Made by a program: the position numbers and the translations under genes. A DNA stretch of 64,000 bases from Lingula anatina (taxonomy: Eukaryota; Animalia; Brachiopoda): NCBI GenBank assembly GCA_051362555.1, contig CM120644.1, positions 18,126,534 to 18,190,533 on the forward strand. Direction: 5' to 3'. This document shows positions 14,276 to 28,700 of this stretch, piece after piece. Under the pieces are notes generated by a model. That model was not told where the DNA came from and searched no databases. It was given only the letters and a program-made list of their open reading frames with translations. Every line of letters begins with the position of its first letter. Within the stretch, counting starts at the first letter, position 1.

Positions 14276-15002
14276 TAGTCTCGTTTTTCAAGTAGAATAG
14301 TTACAAAAACCCTGGAAACATTCTTCTACACCAAGGCCTGGTTACATGCAATGATTATGGTTCTTAAAACCGTAATATCTATTGTTCACAATTATATCAA
14401 CATCTGACAAAATTAAACTCATAAACGGCAATGAATAAATACTGCACATGCGAGTAGAGTCTGTTACATTGCTGTGTTCTACGTTTAATATATTGGCAAA
14501 AGGTAAAAAAGAACTAATAACGCCGACTGTCATGATCACGTTTATATTACCAAGAGAGAGAGGACAGCTATCAGAACAATCCACGCCAAGGACGACCCCA
14601 GTTGTTCATTAACGCCTGTAGCACAATAACAATAACAACAACAATAACCTGCCTTCGCCTCTATTTATATTTTATTATGCGATAAAAAGACATATGCGCA
14701 CTATCAATTAACATTTGCAAACAGTTGATGAACCCAATTCAATCCCGCGAGACTAACTTTCATTGCATTGCCGGTGGGATAAGATTGGTCATCTTGGCTT
14801 GAAAATCAAACAGCGTGTTTTAATGATTCGTGCTAAGGTTACCCATCAGGACTTGGCTGGTAATTTGGCTCCCAGTACAGGAGATAAGTGAAATACAAAC
14901 TTTTGGTTCCAGAGTTCTAGCAATAGGGAAAAAGATTGCGGTACGGCGACGCGCGTTTTTCCTCCACATCCCCCACGATATAGCAGATTATAGCTTTTCA
15001 AA

Positions 15003-15053
<51 letters not shown>

Positions 15054-16808
15054 ATATAAGGCCGGCTAATAGCTGGCAACCAGGGACAAGCGGACTACTA
15101 ATTATATATTGAATTCGACTCTCTCGAAAGGGAGACAACATATAACCTTTTTTTTTAAATTTGAAAACCTTCTAAACACAAAACCTTATAAAGAACAGCA
15201 AAATTTTGTCAAGTAGGCCCATTTGTCTACCACACAACCCCAATTGCTTCGTCAAGTTGTAATATTATTAAAGGAGACTTACCATCAGCCAGCCATGCTG
15301 TTCCGCCATCGCCGATATTGTATCGGAAGAAATCGATAGCGAAGTGATCCTCCCTAAGAAACGTGTGTTTACCTAGCGTTGCTTACCTACCGTGGGTGAG
15401 TGCTATTTTTGTCATGTCTGTTACCGCCGAGCGCGTGCGGAACTTATTGAAACATGTACAGTAATAGCCATAAATACGGCTTCGTTGCAAAACGGGTCTT
15501 CAGCATAGTTAAATTAAGAAACCGTTATGCAATATAGTTGTTGTTTTATGTAACTAGAATTGGTTCCATTCTATAACCAGTACATGGACACGAGAATCTG
15601 CAACCAACAGGGAGATAAAATTTAACTGTTGTCTCCAAAAACCAAAACAGAGAAACCACCACTTCTGCCGGCAATAACCGGACCGAATTTTCAACTAAAA
15701 TAAGAAAACAGGTGTCTTATTTAGGATCACTAATTGCGTTTGCTATTGTGTCTTGCAACTGATTTATCTCAATTTAGTATTTAAACACCTGTCTCGTGAT
15801 GATCACCACTGTGCTATCTCTATGGCTGCTTCGGCTGTCTGGTGGACACTTTGAAACATAGCCGATAACAATTTTTCTCCGTTTTGACACCTAAGGGCTA
15901 AGGCGGGGAGGGGTGGTCAGTCGGATTCATTGGTGCCTTATTGTCTTATTTCCTTATAAATACTTTTGTTGTCTTATTTCCTTAATAAATACTTAATAAA
16001 TGTAATTTTCCATTGTCTTTTTTCATTTCCTCACCCCATCTACTTAAAGCGAGTCCTTTAATTTGGCTTCATGAAGTATAATGCAGTTATACCATATCTA
16101 AAACGTACGTTTATTTCATTTCCAGTTCTCTGCGTGTCTTTATGTCTGTCCGTCTGTCTACCTGATTGAGCGTCCATTGTCTGCAAGCCTTCTGGTTTGC
16201 TGCATTAAAAATGTGAACTCTGTGATATACGGGTCACAGGTTCCCCTGCACCTTAATACAGATAGAAAAAAATGAACTGGACAACCTGGGCGTAAATAAC
16301 AGCGCGATTACGCCATTTTATCTCCATTATATATCAGGTAGAATAATATTTTGGATATAAGTCCACGATTGTTCACATAATAACAAGCAGAAGGCGGAGG
16401 AATGGCAACATTTTGTTTTTCTCCTAAGCTCGGGTCATGACTCTTCCTCTGAAGGGAAATCAAAGTGTAACTCCAACTGTTTTTATTGACAGATATAATT
16501 TACTCTCTGAGGCATGTAATCATCCCTGACGTAGGAAAACATTAAAGCAGGTATCGCTTAACGAAGACGGGCATGCAGATGATGACGGGCTCTGTGGAAA
16601 AACAGTCGTAATGTAGAGGACTTTGCACAGGGAGTACCCGGGCGATAGTTTAAGCCTATTAAAATATGAGAACCAACCCGCCAACTGGTTGATCCTTTGA
16701 ATTTTTATATTGCCGATACTTACAATGTATGTAGTAACAAACACACCCCTATTCCGCCTCACAGACGTGCCCTCTTTCACAGACTGGGAATGATGAAACT
16801 AAACAAAA

Positions 16809-16847
<39 letters not shown>

Positions 16848-17571
16848 AAGCGCAGACCACATTGATGAAGTTAAATGGTCAACATAACCCGCTGATATTT
16901 TATATGACAAGCAGTCAAGAACAATGATATGGGACTGGGTATAGGTCTATATTACCACTAATAAGCTTAGCTATACATTCCCATTATCGCAAAACCCATC
17001 GTATTAGCCATATATACGTTCTATAAGCTACCAATAATTGGTTGACACCGAATCCCTACATACGGTCTTTAATTTCTCCCTAGTACAAGCACCAAGTCAC
17101 ATTCACAACCGGATTGACTTAATTAAATCTTACAATACGCCAGGTATAGAACAGATGACGTCACCAAAATCTAGTGAAAAGTATGGGTGTGACGTCATAC
17201 GGAATTCAGAAGTATTGGGATCTGTCTAAGATTTATAAAAACTTGTAGCCGTAACTTTTCTCGTCCGATAATTTGCTAAGACGCTGTTTGATATGATCAG
17301 TTAAATTATTCCTGCCTGTGAACTGACCATACTCGTGACAACCAGATACAACTGTAATCCATTGCCGATCAAGACAGACAACTTGGTGGCTTATTTTCAA
17401 AGATTTTATAAGAAATAAAACAAATTGAATACCCCTACCTGACGCATTATCATGTGATACATGTGTTTCTTATTTTCAGTCGAAAACCTGCTCACCATAT
17501 ATATATACTGTATATACACATTTATGGCAGAACGTTGCGTTGAACTATGAAATAAAGAAAATGCTACTCAC

Positions 17572-17744
17572 GGCGGTCGGTATTATCCCAGGAAATTGTA
17601 CCACTATCAGCGGTGAGGGGGGAATGGTCGTCGGGATTTCTCAGGTCTGTAGGTAAGGCCAGCCTTGGTCCAGTCTTCCGGCCAGTGGACAATACACGGT
17701 GACCGATGACCAGTCCGCAATTAGCCGAAAGTCCTTTGAACTTC
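17572..17744 (-). other. Candidate internal exon of an unidentified minus-strand transcript
   Basis: GC-richer 173-nt block bounded by tttacAG and GTGAGT. One open frame (KFKGLSANCGLVIGHRV...); no recognised homology. Confidence 0.35.
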
Positions 17745-18077
17745 CTGTAAAACGTAGTCACCCGTATTAGTGTTAACCCACACACAAGGAATATTACTAA
17801 ATTTGTCAAATGGGAATTTGATCATGTTTAATCCTTAAAGTCTTATTGCGGTTAGGTGGTCAAGTGGCCTACGGGTCATTGTTGTCAGCGCAGGCCAGAA
17901 GACGACACGAGCAGAGACGCTGAGTCACACCCCCTTTTTTGGGTCGTGGTATGGATGTGGGGTTCCCTTTCTCTCTCTTCTACATCATTCTCTCTCTCTC
18001 TTTATGTGTGTATGCGTGTGCGTGTGCGTGTGTGTGCTCTTTTTTGTGCCGTGTTATGGATGTCGGGTCCGGGTACA

Positions 18078-18139
<62 letters not shown>

Positions 18140-18420
18140 GCCATTAATACGATCGCGTGCATACAAGTATGACATTAAACCGCAAATAACCAGATATCTA
18201 CATCTAACTCCATATGTTACCACTGCCTGATGCGTAAAATTTGGAAACTATGCTGAAAATGTAAATGCCCTACTGGAGAAAAAAGCTCATATTATGAACA
18301 GTGTGATCTGGCATGTCCGGGCAAAATCAATTGACCCTTTCTTCACAATATTGACGCGTAGAACTCACGGCTTTTTTATTATCTGATATAACCACGCGAC
18401 CCCGTTTAACAGGTAGGAGA

Positions 18421-18675
18421 CAGTGGCGGATTTTGGAGGAAGGGGGTCGGGGGGTGGGGGTCCTGACCCTCCCTTCGATTTCTGAAAAAATTCACACCAA
18501 TGGCCCCCTCTTGAAATTAGAATTTTAACTACTTGAATCATAGTTCTAAACCGTACCAAATGGCACCTTTTGCTCTCTAAAATACCAATATTTTTCGGGA
18601 CCCACGCCAACGGGGGAGCAGGGTCGGCTTTGCACCCGCTGACTCCCCCTTCAAATAATCCTGGATCCGCCCCTG
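18421..18675. mobile_element. GC-rich hAT-like MITE with 5-bp TSD GGAGA
   Basis: GGAGA|CAGTGGCGGAT...ATCCGCCCCTG|GGAGA. Confidence 0.75.
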
Positions 18676-20648
18676 GGAGAATCCCAGGTATTTTTTTACC
18701 TGTCAATATTACATTATTACATTCACCAATATCGTCCTTGTAAAAGTGACATTGTGCTATGCCGTTAATTGTCTTATCAAAAATAGAGACACATCTGGAT
18801 TGATCAATTGAATAGGATTTCTGCAGGGCCCATATTTTTTTCTTTCTCCTGATTTATCCTTGAATCTTGCTTTCTTTTTCGGAAGAAAGGAGGAAGAGAA
18901 GGGGGGGGGGGAGGCCAGAAGCATTCCGAAACCTCCCACGGGTTTACCCATTATCAAAAATAAATATTAAGGGACACAAAGCGTTACCTTTACTGGGACA
19001 ACTTGTGCTATGAAGATTAACCTGGCATTTTACATACACAATGACCATGGATTACAGTAATAGTGGGCCAAAACAAGGCTTGCGGATTAAGGATTAATTT
19101 GTGGGAGTGATTTTCTAGCGTTGTTCATATTTACATGCATTATGCAAGTTACGTTTCCGGCGCATAAGGTGTGCGGCTGTTCGTTTGCGGCATTGAGTGG
19201 TCTTAAGCTTGCGCCTATGAAAGGCGGCGGAGAGAACGACAAAATGTTAAAAGGTCGGAATTAGAAGAAATAATGTCACCTGCATTGTACTGCGTTTGAC
19301 ATTTTGTTAATCGACATATATCTCTAGTGCTTAAATTTCTGTTGCTGTTTGCTTTATTTCAGCAGTAACACTGAACCTAGTCGCTATCACTTATGTTACT
19401 TTCTAACCATACACTTTTACTATTTACTGTTTAATTATTATATTATATTAACTATTCATTTATCTATTTATTAAATGGTTGCAGGATTCAAATAAATAGT
19501 GCATGAAAAAAAAAACTGACACAGTCCATTTCAAATACACACTGTGCCAAGAGTTGAGATATTCGGGGAATAAAAAAAGCAACCATTGAAAGGAAAGAAG
19601 CTGACACGAATAAGGTCTCAATTACCGGTCTCCCTACGATCCACTCAATAAGTGGCAGTGTGACAGTTCCCAGTATTTCAAATAACACTAAACGGCGGAT
19701 GTTTTTGAAATCTAATATCTAGTTTCATCGGAAACCAGTAAAGTTTTTAAGAAAACCACTTCATTTCCCTCCCCCCTTTCCTCTTTTCCTTGTATGTTTG
19801 TGTGCAAGCAAAGTAAAACTGACTTGTACCTTGCAAGTTCAACGGCCTTTTTATATTTGACTCCAACCAATTATTATTACATAGCGCAAAAATGCAGTGA
19901 TCATTTTCTAAGATCTCACTGAACTGCTTTTAGGCAATGTTTTGTCCCTTCGATGATAGGGTCATCAAATTTCACAACTTATATTGTAGGAATAATGCGG
20001 TATATTTCTAAAATATCAATTCATACAATGCAGATTAGTAAATTAGAGTCCGTTTCATGGAGCATGCAGCAAAAAGCAGTTGGAAGGGTGAAATTCGTCG
20101 CTACATTTTACAGACGACCCCTTTACTAATCTATCTTTGCAAAATGTGCCGAACGAAGAACAAGAACTTACCGTTAAAAGTCGCGTGTGCTCCTGAGTGT
20201 CTAGGGTTAAGTCATCGTCTTCAAACGCGCGTGTTCCCTTACATAACTTTGCTGTCGTCTGGGCCGTGCGTGAAACAATTAGCACTAACTTAACGTAAGA
20301 AATCGCGTGCACCACCTCACTGCCGATGTCTCTGGGCTTATCGTTAGTTTGTAGATTTGTGTAAGAGATTCCGCTCATTTACCTATTACGAAGTGGTCAA
20401 ATACAACGCTTTACCTGGATTAACTATATACTGCTACCTACTACATGTACTACTGCTGCAGTCGCATTTAAGCTGGCTAACCGTCTGCAGCTGTTATATG
20501 AAATATAATTTCATTGGATCATTAAACACTTGTCCAGAGTCGTGAAAATGTATCCTAAATGACCGCATAATAAAGATTAAGTGTTCGAAAATACTAACAA
20601 AAACATGCAGAAAAATAAAGTGAAGTAAAAACTACTTGCAACTCTCAC

Positions 20649-21180
20649 CTCTCCCGTTGCGTCGAGTTACGGCGTGTCTGCTCTAGTCAAGTTAAGGGTG
20701 AGTGGCAGCTTTTTCACCGTTTATCCAACGTAGTGTAACAGACTCACGTCAATCAAGCATCGTCACGTGAGCACTTTCTCGTTTTTTTTTGTAGAACAAT
20801 TTTAAACAGGCTTTGGCGACTTGTATGAGGATCGCGTCTTTAAATAACGCAGTGTAGCTGACGCACTAGGCAAGCACTATCCGCATAAACGGCTACACAT
20901 GCTTTGCCCGTTTGTTCTTCGTTAACAGAAGTTTTCTCTATTTTTTTCTACACCATGTAACGACCTTGTATATATAGCCACCAAATATTCCTTAGCACTC
21001 CTCTGCAATCCAATAAGAGTCCAAGCCCATGTGCATGCACCACCACAGCAACAAGCATTTCGTATAGACGGTTCAGTCTTATAGTTATCCTAGCATAGGC
21101 TGGAAAAACATACCATCAGCACGCATGGCAAAAGGCGATGGTATAGATGTACATGTATCACTTCGCTGACGTAATACTCC
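20649..21180 (-). promoter_or_regulatory. Candidate promoter/first exon (TATATATA 20969-20976, CCAAT ~21010, CRE-like TGACGTAA ~21168, donor GTGAGA at 20648)
   Basis: Motif arrangement only. Confidence 0.3.
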
Positions 21181-22669
21181 CCGCTCTCACGAGCCACACA
21201 CGGAGAGAGAGAGAGAGAGAGAGCGAGAGCGCTAGCGGTCAGCACCCAACAGCTGTTTTCAGGGACCTGTACGAGACCGGTGTGTGATATACGGGGCACC
21301 GGCTGCCCTGATTTCCTGATCTTTTGGTCAGATAGCTAAATCTTTAATTATTCATGCTACTGCTTGAATGCACCCACTAGTACAGTGTGTACGGGTACCT
21401 GTTAGCATTTAACATGGCCTCCAAGCCGATCCCTGGTGACCGTGAGTTTAAGAGCGCATTCAGTACATCATGATGCACGGGCTAACAGATCCAAGGATCA
21501 AATATGGTTGACCCACTTAAAAGCAATACCGCCTTATTCCTTGATGGCCTCCCCGCCTCAACACACGCCGTCCCTGCAGGGGCCTAGCAATTAAACCTCG
21601 GAGCGGAGATTTAATCCGTCTAATGGCGCGTGTGGAGGCGGGATGACCGTCAAGGTAATAGTCGGTATTGCTTTTAAGTGGTTTGGACATATTTAGTCCG
21701 CGGATCATGTTGTTATGAATCCTTTTTAAGAGACAGCTGGGCACGACAGAGGTGTGCTGATAATGAATTTGACCCTCCTCTAATCTTTGAGAATCAGGGT
21801 GGTCTCCGCGTTACGCAGTCCGATAAAAGGTATCTTCCCTGGGAAAAAAAAACCCCGTTCCTACATTTTTTTACAGCGAAAAGCCCTAACGTCTCAGCCC
21901 CAAAGTTTTTTTTAAAGTTAGGTGTGCAAAGACGCGGTGGACGCCTTTAATGCCATTAAAAGATAAATTCATGGTTTGCGTTTGTTCGCCATGTCGAAGG
22001 TTAAAAAACTGTCCCTGCACATGTGAGAACTGCCGTATTATACCCATAATAAGACAAAAGGCTCAGTCATCTTATGGTGTCTGTGTGTTTGGGGGAGGGG
22101 GGGGGCTAATCGAGACTTTGATTTTCGTGAACGTTAGCGTTTCACCTCACATTCACAAGTCCCAGTGTAGAGAATGCTAAATAAACGGCCGAAACTAACA
22201 CAGAGATATCTTCATACCGAATGCTCCCTGCGCACTTTTACGTTTCTATAGTAATTGTATCCACCAGGAATGTTAAACAAACCAGCGAGTACGTTCAGAT
22301 ATCTGTGAATCCAAGATCAAGTGTCTGTTTCCCACAATATTAGATAAACCATTTCAATCGTATTCATTTTCTGGGCAAGATAAGAAGCTGGAAGGGTGAA
22401 CGTTCGTTGTAACAAATGGGTTTTGATTTTAACAGGATTTATTAAGGGAAAAAAAGAAAATGTTTAGAGCGTGCTTTTATAGGCCTGGTAACAATAGAAC
22501 ATGGCAATAGATTACATAAGAAAATCAAATACATGTATCAACAGAGAGAATGATGAAGGGCAGTAAAAAATTGAAAGTGGAAAAGAGTAAAATATTTTTT
22601 CCATAAATATTTAGGCTGTTGATGTTGATACCATCCTACTGCAGACTTCAACTTTTACTAGTTAGTTAA

Positions 22670-22988
22670 AGGATCAACAACTGTTCATTTTGGCCAAAAA
22701 TTGATATCAGGGGGTTAACGACAATTTTACCATATACTTCCCACGGGCTAATGAATCTGTGCCAACTTTCAAAGTTAGCCCCCCCCCCTTTTTTTTGTAA
22801 TAATCTCTTAGGAGAGGCTAGCCATCTATGGAGGTCACGTGGTCCTATGGCAAGCACAGATTCCAGAGTAAATGAAAAAAAAAAAAACGTTGTTATGGTG
22901 GTAAAATAGAATATACTATTTTCCTGTGGGTTGTTTGCAATGTATTTATTGTGTACTATGGATCCCATACGAAGAGTTGTTAACCTCT
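22670..22988 (+). mobile_element. Kolobok-like MITE, diverged copy
   Basis: TTAAAGGATCAACAACTGTTCATTTTGGCCAAAAA...CATACGAAGAGTTGTTAACCTC. Confidence 0.65.
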
Positions 22989-25126
22989 TGAAGCAACGGG
23001 GGAAGACGTGCTCTTTTCTCCAAGTCCCTCCAAAATATTTTGTGAAGAGAACAAAATAAATTGTGTAAATTGTGTTTATATTTTGAGAGAGGCAAGAACA
23101 CTGCTGCATTCCAAACCTAAACGCACTGTTTTTTTTCTCAGAAACGAAAAAGAAGTTTACATAAAACAGAACACGCACTTCCAAAAAGCAAGGAAAAAAA
23201 AAAAGCTGAACAGAAAATGTTTTCTGAGAAATACTACAGACATCTATATGAAACAGAGAGTTAATTTCTTAACTCCGTTCGACAAATAAAAAGCATGGTT
23301 GATCCTCCGAGGCGTTAGCGCTCCCGATCCTCTTAATTTTGTCTCAATTAAAATGAAATATACCAGTACTTTCCAGGAATCTTTTTTTTATTTTTTTCAG
23401 CGAATACTGTTGGTTCACTATCGGTCAAACAGATGAATTTGATGCTCACAGAGCGTGTTAGCTTGAGGGCCACAACGGACTGTTGATCTAGCTTGTTACT
23501 GCTGAGATAATTACGTAGTTCGAGAAGACTCTCTGGTTAAGAAGGCATTGGAAATAACGCAATGCTCGTCTTATGTATACCCAGTAAGCCGTATTGGCAT
23601 TTATCCTAAATTTTCAGCAAAAAAAAAAAGACTTTTGTGAGAAACTCTATTGAAAATTAAACTGCAAGGAGACACCGGTCGACTTAATTAAGTTTTCGCA
23701 GATATGTGAATACACGTTCTGAAAGCGGGAGTGTGGCCTTGCGTGCATTTGCGCTCTATAGCGACTATTGGTGAACGATACAGTATCTTTTTCTTTGATC
23801 AAGTTTGATATAACTACATGAACAAGCGAAATACACAAAACTATAGAAAACGTAATACACAAGGCCGTCACGGATAAAGATTTCCAAATTTATCAAAAAT
23901 TCGGGGTATTGAGTAGCATAAGGCTACCAAGGGTACCAACGTAGCCACTGTAGCCACTGTACCAACGTAGCCACTGTAACCCCCAAAGTTTTACCCAAAA
24001 GAAGGAAGTAAAAACAGTACAAAGAGAAGATGTTCTCCCCGTTTCGTGCATCTTATGTTCAAGGTTATTAATTCATGCATAGTTTTTTATTCATGTGTTT
24101 ATTTGGTTGTGTGCATTTTTAGCAACCGGTATATAGTTATTTCATTTTCTGAAAGCCATTGTGCCCCCGGAATTCTCTCTAGCCTGTCAAACCAGAGATC
24201 TTAACTCACAAATGCAGGCACCTTTAATGTTATTTTTTTATATTTCTTTGTATCCACGTCGAAATGACTCCTTCGCCAACCTCCATAATATGTGCATAAT
24301 GTAACGTTCGGGTGTTACCGCCTGTATTGTTTGTCTTATATTTATCGGCAAAGATCACCACCTTGTCCGATACATCTTATGTGAGGGTGAAAATGTGTAT
24401 CTTTTAAATGGGCACAGTGCATCGAAGATGTGATGCATTTAGCCCACTGAAGATTTGGGCCACATTGCGCGGATTCAGTACTTACATTTACAAGGTATGA
24501 TACATGCATGTAAGTAATACGCTACAGTTTTTGATTAGAATGATATTAAATGAAATAATGATTTTGAATTATACTTGTTTATACATGTTCATTATTTGTA
24601 TGAAGTGAACTAAGTATTTTTGCAGATGCAACTTTAAGAGGTTTATAAATTTATTATTATTTTCAATGTTGTTCTTCAGTGAAAAAACACCACTTGTTTA
24701 GGGGCGTGGAAGGGGGGTGTAACATCTACACGCTCCGCCTTGCTTCTCTCGTTGTGTCTAAAAGCAATACTTTTTTTAAAAATAAAGATGACATGTTTTT
24801 CCCCTTAACCCAGAACCAGACATCGCAATTACAGTGAACTTATACATTCTGTGACATTTCTCATCATCGTCATCTGTGACCCGAACCAGTACGTTGACAG
24901 AGGTCAGGCGGTGAGGAGGATTGTACCGTGCGCCGTTATGATATACGGGTGACAGCGACACTGATTTTCCTTTTTTTATCCGTGGCCTTGGCAGTGCCTT
25001 TACGTATATGCCAGGCAACAAAATATTACACATAGATTAACTCACTCCTGTTGTACCTCAACTGTCCCTGAGAATACCTTGGGAAATGTTCTGGCTATAT
25101 TTTATCGCTGCTTCCTAGGTGCATCT

Positions 25127-25305
25127 AAGAATGCATTCACAACAATGTTGATCCGCGGATTAACTAGTCCACGGATCAAATAAGGCGCGCACTGTGGGCA
25201 GTGATTGCAGAGCAATTATACCTCGGCATGCTTTCAAATGGGTTGCGCCATATTTGATCCGCGTATCTGTTAGCCCGCGGATCAAATTGTTCTGAATGCG
25301 CCTTA
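25127..25305. mobile_element. MITE family C (GCATTC...TGATCCGCGG foldback); related copies at ~21450-21727 and ~28889-29045
   Basis: Inverted repeats GCATTCACAACAATGTTGATCCGCGG / CCGCGGATCAAATTGTTCTGAATGC; the three copies share GGATCAAAT and CTGTTAGC motifs. Confidence 0.7.
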
Positions 25306-25735
25306 TAGGTCACCGGCTAAGCCCAGATCAATATGAAGTTTCCGATACATATAGGAAACAGCCCGGTTTAGGTGATGAGTTTTCTGTTCAACATTTTTCG
25401 AAAACTAGGGCAGCTACTTTAGCCCAGGCTAAAGATCAAACATTTGATTAGTTTCTAAACTTGGGGTGGGGGGGGGGGGGGGGGGGGCACGCCCGATGCT
25501 GGACAGATATCACCAACAATTTTTTTTTCAAAATCAGTATTTCGTTATTACGTATAGGCCTTTCCGAAATAAAAGAAAAAGAGCATGATCAGCAGAGAAA
25601 CTGTTGGTTAAGCACAGCAGCTGTCTTTGTAGAATGTCAGATAAAAAGCCAACTGACTGAGAGGATTGTAAATTATGGTAATGAACTTCTAGACTAGTAC
25701 ACAGAAGTTCAAAAAAAAAACCAAAAAGACAAAAG

Positions 25736-25774
<39 letters not shown>

Positions 25775-28700
25775 AGAAGAATTATAAATGATTTGTAAAA
25801 GGAAAATTTAGCCAATTTAAAGCTACTGAAGCAATCAAGTACGAGATAATGTGGGATTGCAAAGGTGAAAAAACAGAGTTTACACATTTTTTCGTCAGAA
25901 GCCGTGCATCCGCATCAATTTATACGGAACAACAAAGCCACTGTAAAATGAAAAAAAGTAATTCCGACCGTCAGGAACATTTTGATATTTTCTGCACACG
26001 TGCGGGAAAGTAAAAGTTGCACTTCACTGCGCCATGTAGACCTCCCTAAGACGGTATTTTTGTGGGACTTAACGAATCCAGAATAAACGCTCACCCAGAT
26101 AGAACCATGTGTTCCCGTCGCACTACACTTATGATGCCAGATTTTAAAGGATACGACAGGTTTTCGCGGAAGATTAATTACAGCTATTGTTGTCCCGTCC
26201 TTTTTCCTTTTTTCCTGTTCTTTTTTTTTTTATAACTTTGTCGGCCTGGGAGAGTTTACCCCTGAGCGTCCGCTTTCTATTATTTAATATGATTTGGGCA
26301 CGAGGTAAGATTTATTTTCATAAAACATCAAAGACCCGAACGTTGTATATGTATGCGGGATTCGTTCCTAATTAATGGGTTTTGCTGGTTCTCATAATTT
26401 AAGTGACATTTTGAAACTATTTTTAAATCTGAGGTCGTCAGGTACACGACAGGCATGTTTTATCATTGGTATTTATGCAGGAAAGCGAGCCCCCGTTTGC
26501 TTCGTCTACAGTCAGCCCGACCTAATCTCGCATGAATCAGTCGGTTCATTGAGTTACTTACGTAAGTCGTGGCTCTTACACGATTGCAATAGATAAGAGC
26601 TAAAATACTTGTAGCACTCCGTGTTAATTATAAGTCAGTGTCGAGTATTGGTCTGAAAGATTTGTCTTATTCACCAAAAATGTATAATTATAACAATACC
26701 GGACCATAGATATCTTAGTTATGTATGTCGACTGTGAGCTACAACTGGAGATGTTACAGAATCGATGGCCCTGTGGTAGTTAAACAAATAATTTCCATGC
26801 AGCGAACACACCTTTTCGCTTCTCAAAATAGGTATTAAAGCTTTCTTAAGTTGTTTATTATTTTAAATGTCAATATTGTTAATAATTTCTACGTTTCAGA
26901 ATTCAGATTTTTTAAAAAAAATTTTTGGATATCAAATTCGATTTTTAACTGCAATTTTTTAAGTTTCGCCCATTTATAACCTAACACAAGAGCATCGAAA
27001 GGTCAGTTGAATTAGAAAACATGTATGCTATATTTAATTATTTTTTTAAATGTAGTCACCACAGATATTAAATACGAACTTTCTATACACCGGGATTTAG
27101 GAACACTTAAAAAGAAAAATAGGTCCAACACACAATAAAGACCCCAAAAACTCGACATCTTCAAGTGCTGCCTACCGGTTGCTATTAGCATCATTATAAA
27201 ACCTCTCAATCTTTTTCTTTTCCTGACACTTTACACACATTTGGTGGACCTTAGTCCTCATAAGCAGAGCGACATTGTGCTTGTTTACAGGACAAATATA
27301 ATTTATGTATCTAGGGAGAAACGTGGAATAGTAAACCTTAATTACAGAGTTTTGTTTATCAGATTTTGTGACCCCGCGCAGGTCAAATGAGCTCTATTTC
27401 AGGGGGGGGGGGGGTCTTAAGTTCAGGACCACCTCAAGCTAACGAAAGGTCGGTTGTTGATTGACTTATGCCATGGGCATTGTTTGGATGCGTGCGGGCA
27501 CATGCATGTGCGCGTGTGACAGTTTTCCATAGTGCGAGAACTGTCTTTTGTGTCTGCTTGAGAATGCGGGTGTTTTTGTGACGCGTTTGATTAGACGGGG
27601 GTTATATGCCTACATTTTCGCTACAAAAAGAATCGCCAAATTTCAAGGCTGATTAAAACGGCGTTAAATTGCAAATAATTATCATTGTCAGGTGCGGTGG
27701 TCACAATAAAAGCCACAGAGCCACAATTAATAAAATTGTAGAATAATATTCGTTAAGATACAAATACTCTGAATATCAGAACAGTTGCATTTTCTCACCT
27801 TTAACGTGCGTAAGCCGTCAGCATCAGAATATCGTAATCCTATTTTTGCAATATTCTAGGCAGAGCTGAATCTTACAGTTGAAACCACACTGACTACTGA
27901 CCATATGATTCTGACAGCCAAACTGTCGGGACGCTGCAGCTATATACATGTCTAACTTGGTCTACAATAACCAATAATAAAGTCGTTGACATTATCTCAC
28001 CTTTAATGTACGTAGGTTGTCAGCTCCTATGTCAGGAAATGAGAGGTTTCTAGTAGCAGAAAATGACCCACACCATCATTTTCTTTACTATTTATATGCT
28101 TTTTTTTCTCCTGTCATATGTATTAAGGGCATCCTGGAAGCTGGAACGCTAATGAAGACCAGGGAGAACTTTGGCTACCAGGGGGTCTTCACGAAGGCGG
28201 CGTCTACCACACAACCTACATGTGGTGCAAACCACAGCTTTCAAGTATTTCCATTGTTCATGAAATCAATTAATTTCAATTAAAAATCTACCCAATGAAA
28301 GCAACTGGTCTTCCAAATTATGGCGTAATTCACACACTTTATCAAAACGGATATCATATCCATCCACGGAGTGTCTTACTTTTTCCCAAATTGAGCCTCA
28401 CGATAAACTGATAATGCCGCAGCAAGGGCACCTCTCTTCGAACTCCTCGCGTCTTTTTATAGAACCTTTAAGGTCGCCACTAATGAGACACGAGGTGTCC
28501 GCGCTTAGCACAGGGGCGGGAATTGTTTAAGTAAATCAATTCTTTAAACTCGCTACTTCCCCTAGTCGTGTCACGTCAGTGAATGTAATGTTTAGCCCAT
28601 GTTTTACGAGTTAAGGGAATCCAGGATCACAGCATGATAACACGTCTGCGTGCCTTTTAAATGTACTTTCGTGAATCATATGGCGGCCTTGAGTCCAGTT

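Noticed and set aside
15268-16060. Possible TTAA-flanked Kolobok-like element
   Set aside because: Terminal match is only ~8 bp and degenerate; not supportable without a repeat library.
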